NCBI GenBank assembly: GCA_943704425.1
Contig: CALSCP010000465.1
Span: forward strand, 1 to 37,201
From: Ministeria vibrans ATCC 50519
Lineage: Eukaryota > Protista > Filasterea
Direction: 5' to 3'
DNA length: 37,201 nt
Position numbers and translations under genes: made by a program. The notes beneath the pieces were generated by a model, which was not told the origin of the DNA, did no database searches, and saw only the letters and a program-made list of their open reading frames with translations. Numbering within the stretch: position 1 is the first letter of the stretch; each line of letters begins with the position of its first letter. Of the stretch, positions 34,679 to 37,201 are shown piece after piece.

Positions 34679-37061
34679 TTACTTTCCTTTCCGACGAAAC
34701 TTGAGCACACCCGAAAGCACAGTGCTTGCCGTGGACGTGAGTTTGGTGCGGTTGTACTGGTCGCCCAATTGACGAAGAGCCTCCGCTGACGTCGGATACT
34801 AAAATACACAGAGAGAGGTGAGTGAATGAGAGGCATCACTCAGGGCTCAACGTTTCACACACTTACGGGATGAATGACAGTGGAGAGTTTACTGAGATTG
34901 ACACCAGCCTGAATGGCCAGCGTCAATTCGGAGATCATGTTGCCGGCCTGGGCGCCGACAATGGTGGCACCCAGGATGTCGCCGGAGCCGCCACTCTTGG
35001 TGACCACACTGGCGAATCCCGTGGAGCTTCCGTCAAGCACTGCACGATCAACATCACTAAAGGGCTGCTTGAAGATGACGGCTGCGTCGCCAATGTCACG
35101 CGCATACGCACCAACATGGGCTACTTCCGGGTCGGTGTAGGTGCACCAGGGCACGGTGAGGCTGGACACGCGCGCACGCCCAAAGAAAAGCGCATTGCGC
35201 ACGACAATGCGCGCCATGGCATCCGCCATATGCGTAAACAGATACGACCCACACACATCGCCACACGCAAAGATGCGCGCATTGCTTGTCGCTAAATGAT
35301 CGTTCACTTCCACCCCTTTTGTCGTGTAATTCACTCCGGCCGCAGTCAGTCCGAGCCCGTTTACATTGGCAACCCGTCCCGCCGCAATCAGAATCTCATC
35401 CACTTCAAAGCGTCGGGTTACCGTCTCGGCGCCGCGCTGATGCTGCGTGTGAATCACCTTGGCCCCCGTCGCAGCGTCCACCTCCACCCGCACGTACTTG
35501 GTCACGTCGAGCGCCAGTGTGATCCCTTCACGCTCAAACTGCGCCTGCAACACGGCTGTCGCGTCTTCGTCTTCGTTGGTCAACAGTCGTCCGGAACGCG
35601 CAAACAGCGTCACCTCGCTGCCAAAGCGTCGCATCGCCTGCGCCATCTCACACCCAATCGAACCGGCCGCAATCACCGCCAGACGACGCGGCAGCACCGT
35701 CAGATTGAACAGCGTCTCGTGCGTCAAATATCCCGCCTCAAGCAAGCCTGGAATGCGCGGTGTCCCCGCACGCCCACCCGTCGCAATGCACGCCCGGTGG
35801 AACGTCAGTGTCTGATCCCCAACGCTCACCGTCTGCTTGCTCGTGAACCTATGACACACACACACACACACAAAATGACAGTAAGATAATGTGAGACTGG
35901 CCCATCTACAATCATCAGAGAGTATCGTCGTACTTTCCATGGCCAAAGAAGACGTCGACGCCAGCGTCGCGAAAGCGCTGGACCGAGTCGTGTGCGCTAA
36001 TGTCGGCGCGCAGTCGCCGCATGCGCTCCATGACACGCGCAAAGTCCACGTGCACTTCGGCACCCACGTCCACACCGTAGTCGCTTGCGTGTCGTGCCCG
36101 GTAGGCCATGGTCGCACTGGCGATAAGCGCCTTGCTGGGCACACATCCCGTCGTGAGACAGTCGCCGCCCATTGCGTTCTTCTCGATGAGCGCCACACGT
36201 CCGCCCAGCCCCGCACAGATGATCGCCGTAATCAATCCGGCCGCGCCCGCTCCAATCACAACCATGTTGTATCGCTCAGTGCCGACCGTCGGCGCGCTCC
36301 AGTCGGCCGGGTGAATGTGCTCCAGCATTCGCACGTTGTGTTCGTCGAGCGGCGAAAACCCCCACTGCTCCGCCGGCTCCTCTTCCACCGGTGCGACTTT
36401 CTCCCCATCTCCACTGCCACTTTCCCCACGATGTTCGGGATCTTCCGAGCGCACAAAGCTGTTGCGAAGATCGTGGCGACGACGGGGCGGTCGCGTGCGA
36501 GTGTGTGCAGACGCAGTCGGCGACGATTCAGTCGACGAAGGGGTCGCCAGAGCGGCCGTAAGCGAGCCCTGCGACGGTAGAATCTGTGCCAGGTGATGGT
36601 CGGAGCCCTCTTCAAAGCGATAAAACAAATACTTGTCCTGCGGTGAAAAAGAGAGTCAGTTGGACGACACACACACACACAGAAAATAATAGTGCACCTC
36701 GAAAAGATGTTCGCCCGTTACATGCGCAAACACCCCCGCCTGCTGGATGCGAAGGCCCACCTCGACAGCACGTGCCCGCGTGATGCCCAGAGCCTCACTC
36801 AGCCAGAACACAGCCTCACTTCCTGCGTGTGCGACGAGTTTTTCGTCAAATGCGCTCACTTTTGTTTTTTATGGTTTTTATGGCGTGACACTTTTATATT
36901 ATTTTGATTGTGTGAAAATTCATTAGTTAGATATAATGACACTCACCAACAAAGCACTGGGGGTACGTTTTAAAGTGGTACTTTCGGTCCTCAACAGAGA
37001 TTTCCTCGCGAAATCGCTGGCAGACGCCCTCCATTTCAGTGTCATCAATTGTGTCACACAT
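34679..37061 (-). CDS. DEP domain fused to a mercuric-reductase-like / dihydrolipoamide dehydrogenase-family pyridine nucleotide-disulfide oxidoreductase
   Basis: Exons 37061-36947, 36822-36698, 36637-35934, 35848-34867, 34798-34679. DEP: ISVEDRKYHFKTYPQCFVGSEAVFWL...RARAVEVGLRIQQAGVFAHVTGEHLFEDKYLFYRF. Reductase: VIGAGAAGL, GGDCLTTGCVPSK (redox CxxxxC), IATG, IFACGDV, PWCTYTDPEVA, IHPYPTSAE. Confidence 0.9.
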
Positions 37062-37201
37062 AACTCCCAAAAGACGGACAAAAATAATAATGAATTATAT
37101 TATTATAATATAATTTATATTATTATTATTATTATGAATTTTTATGATCAAGTAATTTATTCATCTGATCACTCCTTGCTTTGGTTCGCGGGGGGGGGGG
37201 G

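Noticed and set aside
3233-37061. Heavy-metal resistance cluster (PCS + ABC transporter + MerA-like)
   Set aside because: The genes are 25-30 kb apart with unrelated genes between them. The transporter is ABCG rather than HMT1/ABCB6 or ABCC, and the reductase lacks the MerA Cys-Cys tail.

Overview
Gene-dense eukaryotic DNA with GT-AG introns, microsatellite-rich introns and two assembly gaps, probably from a flagellated protist (POC1 present, TTAGGG repeats). Exons were spliced by eye. I read 15 protein-coding loci: two inverted intronless paralogues of an unfamiliar zinc-finger protein (three repeated modules in the complete copy), a GLYR/3-hydroxyisobutyrate dehydrogenase-family reductase, phytochelatin synthase, kynurenine aminotransferase, SMP-30/gluconolactonase, DGAT2/MOGAT, CNEP1R1/Spo7, POC1, a ~2430-aa adhesion GPCR, an uncharacterised protein, a C2-IPT-IPT-Rab11-binding-domain protein, NAXE, an ABCG half-transporter and a DEP-domain-fused mercuric-reductase-like oxidoreductase. 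The best candidate for a new system is the zinc-finger pair. The two copies are almost identical in the scaffold but hypervariable in the putative recognition helices, with all zinc ligands kept, which suggests a diversifying DNA-recognition family. Also notable are an adhesion GPCR with a receptor-L ectodomain and two GPS motifs, a Rab11-FIP-like protein carrying two Sec5-type IPT domains, and the DEP-MerA-like fusion. All family assignments come from motif recognition, not database searches.
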